A DNA stretch of 64,000 nucleotides from Basidiobolus meristosporus CBS 931.73 (taxonomy: Eukaryota; Fungi; Basidiobolomycota): contig MCFE01000187.1 of NCBI GenBank assembly GCA_002104905.1, positions 62,001 to 126,000 of the forward strand. The letters run 5' to 3'. The translations under genes and the position numbers were made by a program. This document shows positions 12,701 to 24,959 of the stretch, one piece after another. The notes beneath the pieces were generated by a model. The model was given only the letters and a program-made list of their open reading frames with translations, ran no database searches and was not told the DNA's origin. Numbering within the stretch: the first letter of the stretch is position 1; each line of letters begins with the position of its first letter.

Positions 12701-14386
12701 TTTATCATCGACCTTATGTCCTGGGGCCCTATCTGGGAAGAACTTGGACTCTTACTACAAGGGGAACAACCTAGGACCCAGTCAGTATCATATATGCAAT
12801 GGAACAAGCTACTCTATGATCATGCCCAAACTCTGGGCATGAGGTCATGGCCTACGCAACCACTGGATCAGCCTATTATCACCGATTCAGCGCTCTTGGC
12901 CAAGAATACTGTCGGAACCGTCCGTTCGATCTCGTTCAAGCTCGACCCTTACTTTACGAAGTTAGCTGAAAGCTGCTGCGGCCCATCTACGAATATGGAA
13001 ATGACCGATCTGCTGACTGCCTCCTTGGCATATTCCTACTGTTGTACGTTCGAAAGGGAGTCTCTTTCTGTCACTCTTGAAACGCACGGCCGCCAGTTCG
13101 GAGACGAAGATGTGGATATCTCAAGGACTGTAGGGTGGTTCACCAATTTGTACCCGATTGTGGTACATTTGGGTAAGAACCAACGGATAGACGATGCGAT
13201 TCGTCAAACCATCCAGCAGCACCGGGAAATCCGTGGGAACGAAGCGAACTACGGCCTTCTGAGGTATATAAACCAAAGCACCGCTCCATTTTTCGCCAAA
13301 GAGCCGCCACAAGTCACCTTAGGATACCTGCCGAACACTGCAGCTCGTGGCAACCCTAGTTCTTACTTGCTTCCCATTCCAACTGATTCTGAGTACAAAT
13401 TCGACCTGGGTGGCATTCCTTCCACATGGAAACGCCACCAGGTATTTAATTGTGTTGCTCAATATGTGGGGGATCAACTTGAGGCCAGTCTAACCTACAG
13501 CGAACTGCTTCATTCCAAGTCGGAGGTGCAGACTTGGCTCGACCTGTGGGAAACCGAGCTGATATATGCCATCAAGTCGATTTCCAAGGAGGTCCTTTTA
13601 TCGCACGATCACACCCCGCGCTACATTTTACCCTCCGAGAGTGGTGATCTTTCACCCCAATTCGAAGAAAAGTCCTTGGGATATGTTAACAGTGATGACT
13701 GTGTAACGTTGATCTCGAAGAAAAGTGGCCCGACAATGTTTATCGTACATTGCGCTACTGGGGTGGGCAGCTACTTCCAGCTTTTGGGCCAATATATGAA
13801 CTGCACCCTGTATTCCATCAGTGACCCCACTCTTGGAACCAATGAATCATTTGACTCGGTGGAGACGATCGCCTCAAGATATCTGAAGGCAATTCTTCAG
13901 GTACAGCCAGTTGGGCCTTATTACCTTCACGGATACTCATTCGGCGGTTTGGTTGCCTTCGAGATGGCGCGTCAGCTTGAATGGCGTGGGCATGAAGTTT
14001 CGCGATTGACCATTATTGACACTCTGGCACCGCATACTGGGCGACAACTTTGGGCCTCGGCCAACCAGAGCTCTGCCCTTGAGTATCTGACCATGATCTC
14101 TTCCTCAGGAGAATGGTCATTAGACGAGGCAGCCTCTCAAATGATGCTGGAAAAGATCGAGCAGAACACTCAATTGATGAGAAGATATGACCCTTCGATC
14201 AAGAAATTGACCACGGATATCGTGCTGGTGAAAGGGCTGGATGCTAAAGGTAGACTTGACGAGCAGCAGCCATGCTACGGTTGGTCAGAGTACTCAAGCA
14301 ACGTGAGTGTCCACAGTGTGGACGCTGAACACCACAAGCTAATGTTCGAGCCACATGTTGCCAGAGTTGCCGAGTATCTCCAATAA
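2..14386 (+). CDS. Multimodular non-ribosomal peptide synthetase, 5'-partial; join(<2..2164,2241..6839,6914..14386); E-C-A-T-E-C-A-T-C-A-T-E-TE
   Basis: The three long ORFs (44..2203, 2247..6866, 6920..14386) join in frame through two GT-AG introns, and the frame is open from base 2. A motifs: YTSGSTGTPKG, NGYGPTE, YRTGD/YKTGD, SGKVD. T motifs GGDSI at 4167, 8840 and 12152. E motifs: HHLIVDLVSW (53, 4710), EGHGRE, RTVGWFT, FNYLG, and HHFIID (12695). C motifs: HHAILD (1460), HHAIID (6117), HHALYDG (9494). TE motif GYSFG at 13931. Confidence 0.95.
1064..1239 (+). repeat. Near-identical repeat of 5721..5896 (start of C domain)
   Basis: Same 4657 offset; two synonymous differences seen (CAG/CAA, CGG/CGC). 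Flanked on both sides by clearly diverged sequence. Confidence 0.88.
2165..2240 (+). other. Spliceosomal intron 1 of the NRPS (76 nt, phase 0)
   Basis: GAG|GTAGGA...GCTAAT (branch point, 2219-2224)...TTTTAAG|TAT CCA TTG. Splicing removes the stop at 2201-2203 and restores the C-domain-end motif ATE-YPL. Confidence 0.92.
2676..4007 (+). repeat. Near-identical repeat of 10610..11941 (adenylation domains A1 and A3)
   Basis: Offset 7934. The proteins differ at five positions (E/G, T/R, I/T, T/N, R/H). Shadow ORFs 3062..3325 and 10996..11259 are identical. Confidence 0.93.
6840..6913 (+). other. Spliceosomal intron 2 of the NRPS (74 nt, phase 0)
   Basis: GAG|GTGAGC...pyrimidine tract TTTTCCTTTCCTCTCTAG|TAT TCC TTG. 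Splicing restores RTE-YSL, at the position homologous to intron 1. Confidence 0.92.
13700..14383 (+). other. C-terminal thioesterase domain of the NRPS (boundaries approximate)
   Basis: GPYYLHGYSFGGLVAFEMARQL nucleophile elbow, IIDT acid residue, and HHKLMFEPH C-terminal His region. Confidence 0.88.
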
Positions 14387-14599
14387 GGGACCTTCGCCTG
14401 GTTCGATACATCCGAAATTATTACCAGCCATACTTTGAATTAGGCATACAGCCAACCACCCCGTCATAATAAAAGGTGTTCCAATCAATTGCTCGGTCTT
14501 CGCCATCTTTTTGCTTGGTTGTATTCATTGACCACTAAAGACCCCTTTATTTTGCTACCTTATCAGTAACCGTCATTAATAAACACAAGGTTGGCGGTA

Positions 14600-15750
14600 A
14601 AGCAACTGGTCCCACATGTGGATCTATTCCTGGTCAGGCATCAAGAACCCATCAGGACACCATTGCAATACTGGCATGTTGGAATTCCAACCCCTCTCAA
14701 CGGATTTATGTCAAGATTTTGACGGTGTTTTGCCGTCTGGGTTGCCTTAGATGGTCAGAAACCTGATGGTGTTTGATAGTGTTTATGTGGGCTTCCCATG
14801 GCTATACGTAGACCGTACCGCATTTTGGTGGTACCAAACAGGCAAATATTACTGACTACCCAATATGATAAATCCTTGAAGGTGACTTAACAGTCTCCAA
14901 GTGGGCTTCTAATGGCCTAATATAGACCCAATGGGTGTTAACAACTTCTACTGTATATTGCCACTCTAGCAATTCACCAAATGGTACAACCCTTTTCTAC
15001 CTCTCCTTATGCCATATGTATAGTACTGTGAAGTCATGACTCTTCATTACTTACCAAATACAACAATGGGTATTTCACATCAGGTCTGTTCCAAAGAAGA
15101 TCATTGCTTGCTGCTTATATATCTCATTGTGTGTGCACACCAGCTGCAATTGACAACATCCATTATCTGGGCTTTGCTGTATGGTAGTGTGATGCTTGCA
15201 AATATACACTTTGCTTCTATCACCTTTGCAACACCTACTTGTTGAGTTAGTTCCTTGCAATGGTGCACTCCCTTTCTTCTTCAAAAGACATTGAAGCCCA
15301 CATACTTGAAAGAAGCCTGGCATCATCTGGTAAGGGCTTGCTGATACCAAAATGGTTGCTTGTTCCATCAAGCCAAACCTTTCTTTGCCCAGCTTACTAT
15401 TGTGATATAGGGGCTGTTGAGCTTTTGAACACTCAAGGACCATGTGTGTTTTTAAATATATCTGGGCTTCTTATTTTTGACTCTGGCTGATTTGTTTGCA
15501 TCTTCCAGCTCATCACATTCATGGCAGAAGCAACTGCAACTTTCTGGATGAGACTGAAGTACAACAGAACTTGCAACATGCTTTTTGTTTCAATCTCTGC
15601 TCACAGTTGCACCATAACCTGGGAGAATTGCAAGCTTGGAGTTCATCAGATTCTCAGCTCACATTCTGCTGGTGCACTGATGCATAGTATTCAGCTGGTG
15701 CTCTTCCTTCAAATTTGTAGCGGTAATGTTTGGTGGAAGTAGTGAGCTGC
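14600..15750 (-). mobile_element. Decayed, diverged CACTA/CMC-type transposon end with 3' part of transposase
   Basis: Resembles the subterminal region of the family (GTGGATC...TCAGGACACCATTG vs TCAGGAGACCATT at ~16340) and its transposase 3' end (cccttttctacctctcc). Many stops. Confidence 0.6.
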
Positions 15751-16276
15751 CAATTAACTGGTTGGGTAGGAATGCTAGTTTGCCCAGTCTCCTAAAAAGT
15801 ATGTCTGCCTGCCCACCCAGCAGCTAGTACCCACAATATTGAGAGTTGTCAGTTTTGACAAACTTGGAATTTAGCTGATATTACATTGGCATTCTACAGA
15901 ACTTTTCTTCATTTTTTCTCAGGGAAAAGAAACTAGCACAAAGTAAAACATGGTCCTGTCCACTCAATGCACTGGGAAAAGATGAAGTAGCCAACATGTG
16001 TTTCTAACATCAGTCATCCCTCACTAAAAGTATGATAACTTTCCTCTTACCCAAGATATTGGAAAACACTTAATTCCTGGCCTATAATCCATCAAAAGGG
16101 GCTCCTTCAGTGGCAACAGGTTCCTAGTTCCTGTGTAATGTAGGGAATGATACTTTGCCGCTCAAAGAGTCAGGTACTTTGATGGAGCTGTCAAGGTGGA
16201 CTCCAAAGAATATCACAGTTTTGTTTTGGATAATAGCTAGTTACTTGTGGTCAAGTCACAAGCTTCCTATGTTTAT

Positions 16277-18530
16277 GCCTATGAGCAATGATTTGGTCCC
16301 ATGGGTGGATCCAATCCAGATCAGCTATCACAATCCTGTCAGGAGACCATTATAATACCAGCTGCTTGGGCAGTGCTTTGCCAAGGGTGGCATGGCATTG
16401 TTGTGTTCTTAATGCACTCTAGATCTACCTGAGTGGATCTAACTGGCCGGTACATCCAATTGCCTTATATAGCAAAATACTTGATGGTGCTTTGACAGCC
16501 TCATTGCAAGCCTCTGATGGCATTATTGTGGTAGTATGGTGGCCTACAGCTAGTTCTGTATAGTACTACTGTACCAATTTACCAAGTGGTATTTCCTTTT
16601 TCTACCTCTCCTTGCGCAACTCATATATTCCACTGCAGAATCAGCCCTCTTTATTTGCTTACCCACCACTGCCTTAGGTATTCCACATATAGTTCAAATC
16701 AAAAAGAACTGTGGTCTCCTGCTTACTAGTCTCTTCAAACATGCACACCTGCCGCAATTAACATACTTCTATCACTTCACTTTACATCTTTTAGCATAAT
16801 ACTCATAAAGCTGCCACATAACTTGTACTCCTGGTAACATATACATTTTACAAACATGTGCTTAGTTGCTACCACTTCTGCCATGAATATCTCCTCAATA
16901 CCTGCAAAGAACTTATTGGTGAGCCAACATACTCCTTCTCACTGATAGACTTTTGTCCCCCTTATAGGTGAGCTCTGGCTCTTGTTTGTTTGAGTTCTGT
17001 ATTGAATGGTGTAGAAATAGGCTTGTGACCCTGACCAAGACCTAGAGAAACCCAGCATACTTTAGTGGAGTTTTCCTAATAAAAGTTAGTTGCTTGTTGC
17101 ACCCAACCCAACTTTGCATTACTTGCCTGATTACCCATGCCTTGGGGCAGCTTAGCTTCTTAATGCCATAGGCATAGGTGTTTCCATGTGCACATCTGTC
17201 CTCTGTATTTTCCAACTCTTTGTAGCTGTCCTCCATGTGCCAACTCATTACATCCATGACAGACTTGAAGGTAATATTCTTGATGTAATTGGGATATGGT
17301 AGTGCCTACAGCTTGACCTGGCTTCCTATTGCCCCTCACATTGGCTCCATAGGGAACTCCCCAAAGGTGAAGCAAGGCACAATATTCTCCTCACACCAAG
17401 CAAGATGGAGTAGAAAATGGATACAGTAGCAGCAGAGATCTGCATGTTCAGCTTTATGTTTGTGGTATAGTCGCTCAAATCCCGTCACAAACTTCTTGCA
17501 AACAAGCTGTAGATGCATCAAGCTGGCATTGGTAATCAGCTTCTGGGTAAATATTCCTACAATGTCAACATATAACTCCAAATGCATCCAATGTACTCTT
17601 GGTAGAAATGGCTTTGGAAGGTCACTTGAACAAATACATATCCAGTTCATCAAGTCCTTGCACTTGTATTGCTGTATATGCATATGACTACTGATTAGAG
17701 TTTCTGAGAAGTACTTAGGGTAGCAGATACTCTGTAATATTGAGCCAATTCTTTTAGATCATTCTGGAATCTTGAAGCGCTTATTTAGCTTGAAATGCCC
17801 TATGTACAACTTGGTTATCAGTATAGAAATATTGTTGAAAAACAAGTGCGCTGCTCCCAGTGAAAATCTTTTGTTCCAACAGATACCCTCAGTCTTAAGT
17901 ATCTCCAGCTTCTAATTAATTCATATTCTGCCTAATGGCTTATAGCTTGCCAACTTTGCTGCAATTGCATACTGACTTCTATATGATCTCTCCGTGGAAA
18001 GATGATTTTGTTAGTGTTGGTGTTTGGTAATAGCAACATGTGTAGGTAATGGAGTAAGTACCCTAGATCTCATACATTTGAAAGTAATACTATCCATTGT
18101 GCCAGAAAAGCTGGCAATTTTGCTGATGGCTGGGGTATCTCCAATGAAATAATTATATGTGGTTTGACATGACAACCATTTACTGTTATCTTGCTGGAAA
18201 GCATGCAAGATTCATCCAGCAATGGATACAGGTAGCTATCCAGGTTGGATGGTGATTTAGATCTAGATACCAGTGAGACTACCATCCAACCTCTGCTCTG
18301 ATAATATAAGATAGGTGGCAGATTCAGGTTGATGAGATTCAGTGCCAGCAGGATTTGCTAGTAGAGTAATTCTTTAATGAGACTCCATGAAGTGACAAGG
18401 CAAAGATATGGCCATACATACCTTCAAAGTAGCCCTTGCTTCTTAGCTGTTTGTAATGCTTGGCATCAAATATATCAGATATGTTTGTGCTTGATTGATA
18501 CTGAGTGCAGTACTGTATAGCTTTGCAATA
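16277..18530 (-). mobile_element. CACTA/CMC-type transposon copy (truncated); transposase pseudogene on minus strand
   Basis: Degenerate terminus GCCTATGAGCAATGATTT at 16277. Transposase fragments LDSYLYPLLDE, GDTPAISKIA and FGEFPME in the ORF track. It probably resumes at 24357..24959. Confidence 0.8.
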
Positions 18531-21500
18531 TTCTATGAAAAATAATTTGGTCCTGCAGGTGGATCTGATCCAGATCAGCTGTCAGGATCCTGTTTAGAGA
18601 CCATCATAATACCAGCAGCTTGGAATTAGTGACCCTCCTAACAATCTTATGATGGGATCACAACGGTGTTTTGCAAATTTTATAACCAAATAAAGGGACA
18701 AACTTGACAAGATTTAATAGGTGATGTAACAATATTTGCATGGTATTATTGTGGTCTTTTAGTGCTCTATAACTATTTTAAGTGGATCCAATTGGCCAGG
18801 ACATTCAATTGCCTTATATGGCAAGAAATTTGACAGTATTGCAACAGCCTCACAGCAAGACTCTGATGGCATTATATTAGCAATATGATGGCCTACAGCC
18901 AGTTCTGTATAATGTTACCATGCCAATTTACCAAATGATATTTCCTTTTTCTACCTCCCCTTGTGCAATTCATATATTCCACTGTATAATCACCCCTCTT
19001 TATTGGCTTACCCACTACTACCTTGGGTATTCCACATATAGTTTGAATCAAAAATACTATGGCCTCCTGCTTACTAGCCACCACAAACGCACACACCTAC
19101 TGCAATTGACATACTTCTATCACCTCAACTTTACAGCTTTTTAGTGTGATACTTGCAAAGTTGCCATATGCCTTGTACTGCTGGTGACATATATATCTTG
19201 CAAACATATGCTTGGTTGTTGCCACTTCTGCCATGAATACCTCCAGAATATCTGCAAAGAACTTCTTGGTATTTAGCCAATATATTCCTTCTCCCTGCTA
19301 GATTCTAGTCCCCCTTATAGATGCTCTCTAGCTTTTGTTTGTGTGAATTCTGTATTGAATGGTGTAGATGTTGGCTTGTGATCATGAGAAATCTGACATA
19401 CCTTTGTAGAGCTTTTCTAATAAAAATTAGTTGCTTGTTGCACCCAACCCAACTTTGCATTACTTAACTGATTACCCACACATTGAGGCTGCTTAGCTTC
19501 TTAATGCCACTGGCATAGGTGTCTCTATGAGCACATTTGTACTTGGTATTTTCCAACCCTTCCTGGCTGTCCTCTATGTGTCAACTTATCACATCCATGA
19601 CAGACTTGAAGGTAGTATTTTTGATGAGATTGGGATATGGTAGTACCTATGACTTGACTTGTCTTCCTATCTCCCCACACATACACTCCATAGGAAACTC
19701 CCAAAAGGTGAAGCAAGGCACAATATTCTCCAAACACTGTGCAAGATGGAGTAGAGAATGGATACAGTAGCAGCAGAGATCTACACATTCAGCTTTATGT
19801 TTGTAGTATAGCTGCTCATATACCCTCACACTCCTCACACAACAGCTTTAGATGCATCAAGTTGGCATTGGTGATCCTCTTCTGGATAAATATTCCTACA
19901 ATGTCCACATACAACTCCCATTGCCTCCAATGTACTCTTGGTAGGAATGGCTTCAGAACACCACTTGAATACACATATTTACAGTTCATCCAGTCTTTGA
20001 ATTGTATTGTTGCATCTGTGTATGAATATTAATTGGAGCATGTGAGAAGTACTTAGGGTAGTAGATACTCTGTAATGTCTTGCCAATTCTTTCAGATTTC
20101 TCTGGTATCCTGAAGGGTAATTTAGCTTGAAATGCCCCATGTACAACTTGGTCATCAGTATAGGGATATTGTCGAAAAGCAATTGCATCGCTCTCAGTGG
20201 AAAGCTTTTGCTCCAACAGATACCCTCTATCTTAGGTATCTCTGGCTTCCAATTGATTCCATATTCTGGCCAATGGCTGATAGCTTGCCAACTTTGCTGC
20301 AATTATGTGCGGACTTCTGTATGTTCTCTCTGTGGAAAGATGATGTTCTTAGTGCTGGTGTTTTGGTAATAATAATGTGTGTGAGTTATGGAGTAAATTT
20401 CCTGGATATCACACATTGGATAGCAATACTGTCCATTATATCCAGAAAATCCTACTATCTTGCTGATGGCTAGGGTATCTCCAATGCAAATAATATTATA
20501 CACTTTACATGGTAGCCATTTACTGTTATCCCACTTGAAAGCATGCAAAATTCATCTAGCAATGGATATAGGTAGCTATCAGGGTTGGACAGTGATTTAG
20601 GCTCAGATACCAGTGAGACTACTATCAGATTATTTCTCTGATACTGTAAGATGGCTAGCAGACTCAGATTGATGAGAATCAGTGGCCAGCAGGATTTGCT
20701 AGTGTACTTGTTTAATGAGAATCCATCAATTGCTAAAGCAAAGGCATAGTCAAACCTATCTTCAAAGCAGCCCTTGCTTCTTAGCTGTTTGTAATGTTTG
20801 CCATCAAAGATATTGTGCCATGCAGCTGTGAACATATGCTGGAATCCGGACAGTCTCTTGATCATAAGTTGCTAGCCGCATGACGGTTGCCTACTTGTAC
20901 CAGGTACATGGTAAGTTGCATCCTGGTATGATTTGGCAAGAAGTAGTGATAAATCCTTGATGCCCCCATTGCTGATATTAGTGGAAATGTGCCACTTCTC
21001 TAGCCACAACATTAAATCATTCACATGTAGATGGATTACTGGGCTCACTTGGTGCCATAAAGTATCCTTGGTACTTGTTTCAGGAGGTGCTGTCTCATTG
21101 TACATAGGGATTTGACCAGGCTTGTATGTGGTACTGCTGTTAGGGGAGATAGGCTCAAAATCCATCAGTGAATCTTCTTTGTTAGAGCTATCATTCTTTG
21201 TGCCATATTCAGAAGGCTGAGGCTAGCCTAAAGGTGTCACAAACTCACCTGACTCAGCTTGTGCAAGGTGACAAAAATGGCCAGGTGCCAGTACAGAAGT
21301 ATCAACTGGCCGGCAAGATAGTGTTGGTACAGTAGTGACCAATGAATGGTCAAGTATGACTTGGGTAGCAAAACACTGGTTGTGATCCTTGTAATACTTC
21401 CTATGCTCTCTGCATGCTTCATGGCTAAGAGGCTTGCCACAATAGCCACATGGTATTTTTTCTCTTCTCTTATGGCATTGAGTCAAAGTAGTCTTGTCCA

Positions 21501-24356
21501 TGGGGCAAGCGTTTTGACCTTCAACAATTTAATGCTATTATATCAGTTTTTGGTCAATACTCATGTGAACTTAAGACAGTCTTGTACTTAAGGCATTGCA
21601 CTTACATGAATGTAAGATTCAATGATGACTAGCCATAGTAAGCATTTAAATAAAGCTGTGGCACCACATACTCATATATATGTAACAACATTTTCACTTT
21701 GGCTTGACTCACTTGCAATTATTTGCTGCCAAAAAATTAAGCAATGTTGTCTGGTTCTTGACCAAACCCCACTGCTGACAGCAATAGAAGAATGGTTGGA
21801 CAACAGATTGCTTTGACATTCAGTGCAACTAGTGGGGCTACATCCAAAAAAGGCCCTGTGAACAGTGTGCCCATTGAAGGTAATAATCAGACTCCTCAGG
21901 CTCTCAGTCAAGTAGGTAAATGAGAACCTCTGCAGAGCCACAAGCTGACCATTATGCACAGGCAGATAAGAATGTAGCAAACAGAGTCCCCTCAGCTAAA
22001 GACCAGCAAGTGGCTAGGATAACATCACCACCACCTTTATTAGCAAGTATGTTGTCAGCTCATATCAAAGAATTGATTAAGCAATACCAGATTAAGGAAT
22101 TTATAAAGATACAAATGGGGCAACACTATACAAATTTGGTAACAGGGAACAATTTTTTGCATTTTTAATATTTACAAAGTTGGGTTGTAGTTACCAGATT
22201 AGGGAATTTATAAGATACAAATGCGGTGACACTATACAAATTTGGTGACAAGGAAGAAAAAATTGCATCTTTAATATTTACAAAGTTGGGTCGTAGTTAC
22301 CGGATTAGGGAATTTATAAAAATACAAATGCGGTGACACTATACAAAATAAGTATTAGGGAGTAAATAATTGTATCTTTAACAATTTACAAAGTGGCTGA
22401 TAGGATAAATGCAATGGCCCAGAAAAATCAGAAAATAGTCCCAAAACAGGATGAGTAGATTATGTGTGTAGAGCAATCAATGTCCCCATCAGAGAAAGCA
22501 GTATCTTTGCTGCAAAGAAAGAACTCAAGTAGCTCAAAGTCATAGCCAAGAATTGAGCCATTTCCCAATGTAACAGCAGAGGAACACTGTACAGTCTTTG
22601 AAGCACAACAACAGTGCCTAAATATTGAGCCCACAAAAAACCTATCACAGAGTAGGAGGGGAACAATGTGGTGTTTATACTAAATCCTAAAAATCAGAAG
22701 CCATTGAAGATCTGTGAAGGTGCTGAGAGCAACAAAGAAGAGTGGGCTGATATACAATAGTGTGTCAGAAGTCTAGCATGCCATAACCTTAAGGCTGGCC
22801 TACCATGGGACCATCAGAAACTTAAGGCCAAACAGAATGCACTTGACTTGTTCCATGAGCATTATCCTGGATTCAAACAGGCACACAGATTTGGGCCAGC
22901 ATTGGTATGCTAAGAAAGTATCTTAAGAATAGCAGAAACTATCAAAGGCAGAAGAACAAGGGGGCCATGGCTAAAAACCAACAGGTTCCTCAAGTGCCCA
23001 TCAAAAGCAGGGTCAAATGCTCCAGACAAGTGTCAAAGAGATGTCAGGTAGCTTGAAGAGTGCCAATTAGGTACAAGCAGGCAGAAACAGATGCCCCTGC
23101 ACAACATTTGTCAAGCAAAAAGTGTAGTACCACTCAAGAAGCACCCAGTCAAAGTAGCAGTGAAGGACCTGGCAGTGACAGAAGCCAGCCACTTTCATAG
23201 GAGCCCATCACAACTACAGTTGGAGCTCAAAACAAGCAGAAAAGAAACATCAGGTTGACAGAAGAGTGCCAGTAAGGGACAAGCAGGCCAAAACAGAGGT
23301 GTTGGAGCAGAATATATCAAGGAGAAAACTTAGTTCCTTACAAGTAGCACTCAGATAAAGTGGCAGTGAAAGACCTAGCAGCAACAAAGGAAAAGGTAAA
23401 GGGAGAAATGTCTACCCAAGCCTGAGACAGGGAGGTATGCAAAACAAATGCTGTTCTTGCCAATTAGCGCCACAAGCCTAGAACAAACTGAATCCCATCA
23501 TAGCCAAGAGGAATTACCAAGAAGAAAACAGCTGTTTTCACAAGAGTTGGAAGTGCAGCCAATTGAGCTACACTCCAGCAAGGTAGATGAATTTGTTGAA
23601 AAAGGCAATTAATCTACCACAGCCTCCACATCCTCCATTGTTGACAGAGTGCAGATCCCACTTACAGACAAGGCTACAACAACAAAAGCCTAAAAGACTC
23701 TCACAATGCCTTCAGTGGAATTTTGGAACATTAATAAGCACACCAAGAGGTTGCAGCACTTCTTCAAGAGCAGTGTTCAAGAAAATGCACTTGAATATTG
23801 CAAGGATTTATTGCAAAGACTGGCAGGTGAGGTGCTAGACCTTGCAGTGCTGACTGAAGACCAGGATGTGTGGGAACCAGTGATTGAACAGTGGCATAAA
23901 GCCGTTGGGTTTCTGCCAAAGTTGTGGAACCAGAGTGTTACAGCAGATATACTTATTGAGTGTTGAGTTGGGCTGAATGTTAGTGTAGGGTATAGGGACT
24001 TGTATAGGTCAATACAATTGGCAATTGAGGTACAACTGAAGTTTCAATGGAAATAAATCAATTTGTGTGCATGAAAAGTAAAAGAAACAGTTGAGTCAGC
24101 AAGTAATGAGTGTGAAAAAGAGGCAACAGCCAATCAATGCACACAAATGTAGGAGGCAATAGAGTGTCTGGGATCTGAAAGTGCGCAAATTGGCAGGGAA
24201 CTAATCAGAAGCCACTTCTACATTGTTGTGATGAGAAATTTTGACTAAGTTTTTGGTAAAATGTGGGGTGCAATTATTTTCCAATGGTCTCTAGAAAGTG
24301 TCCTGACAGGATCAGTACCTCTTAGTCACAGGACTTTAGCTTTGTGACAGCATTTT
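18531..24356. mobile_element. Nearly complete decayed CACTA/CMC-type transposon (transposase on minus strand ~18950-21500; ORF2 on plus strand ~21740-24050)
   Basis: Terminus TTCTATGAAAAATAATTT (from CCCTATG) at 18531. ORF 20470..20865 contains DGFSLNKYTSKSCWPLILINLSL...DSYLYPLLDE. ORF2 fragment MPSVEFWNINKHTKRLQ. The right terminus is lost. Confidence 0.82.
22085..22393. repeat. AT-rich tandem repeat, ~107-bp unit x ~3, inserted in ORF2 of the CACTA copy
   Basis: Units start TACC(A/G)GATTA at 22085, 22192 and 22298. The array is absent from the homologous ORF2 at ~53850. Confidence 0.85.
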
Positions 24357-24959
24357 GAAGTATCCTTGGCATTTTTCTCTATGAGCATAGTCTCAATGTA
24401 CAATAGGACTTTGCTGGGCTCATACATAGTTCTATTGTCAGGGGAGATAGGCTCACAATCTATCAGTGAGGCTGCTTCTCAGAGCTATCACTCTACATGC
24501 CATATACAGAAGTCTGGGGTAATCCTAAATATGTCACCAGCTCACCTAACTTAGTTTGTGCAAGGTGACAAGTACAGACAGGTGCCATCAGAGAAGTATT
24601 AAGCGGCTGGCAAGATATTGTTGGTACAGCAGTGACTGGTGAGTGTTCAAGTATGATTTGTGTGGCAAAATACTGGCCAAGATCCTTGTAATACTTCCTA
24701 TACTGCCTGCATGCTTCATGGCTGTAAGGCTTGCTACAATAGCCATAAGGCATTTTTTCTGTTCTCTTACAGTGTTGAATCAAAGTAGTCTGGTCCATGG
24801 GGCAAGCAGTTTGACACTCCACAACCCAAAACTATTATATCATTTTCTGGTGTGTACTCAGACTAATTTAAGACAGTCTGGTATTTGAGGCATTGCACTT
24901 ACATGAATGTAAGATTCTGTGATGACCCACCATAGTAAGCCTTACAAACAAAGTTCAAG

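Noticed and set aside
6914-14386. ACV synthetase (pcbAB), suggested by the E-TE end
   Set aside because: Internal E domains, more than three modules, duplicated A domains and apolar pocket codes do not fit the Aad-Cys-Val architecture.
1-14386. Bacterial contig or unmodified recent bacterial transfer
   Set aside because: Spliceosomal introns, fungal-style C and A motifs, and a eukaryotic transposon neighbourhood. Older transfer of single domains is not excluded.
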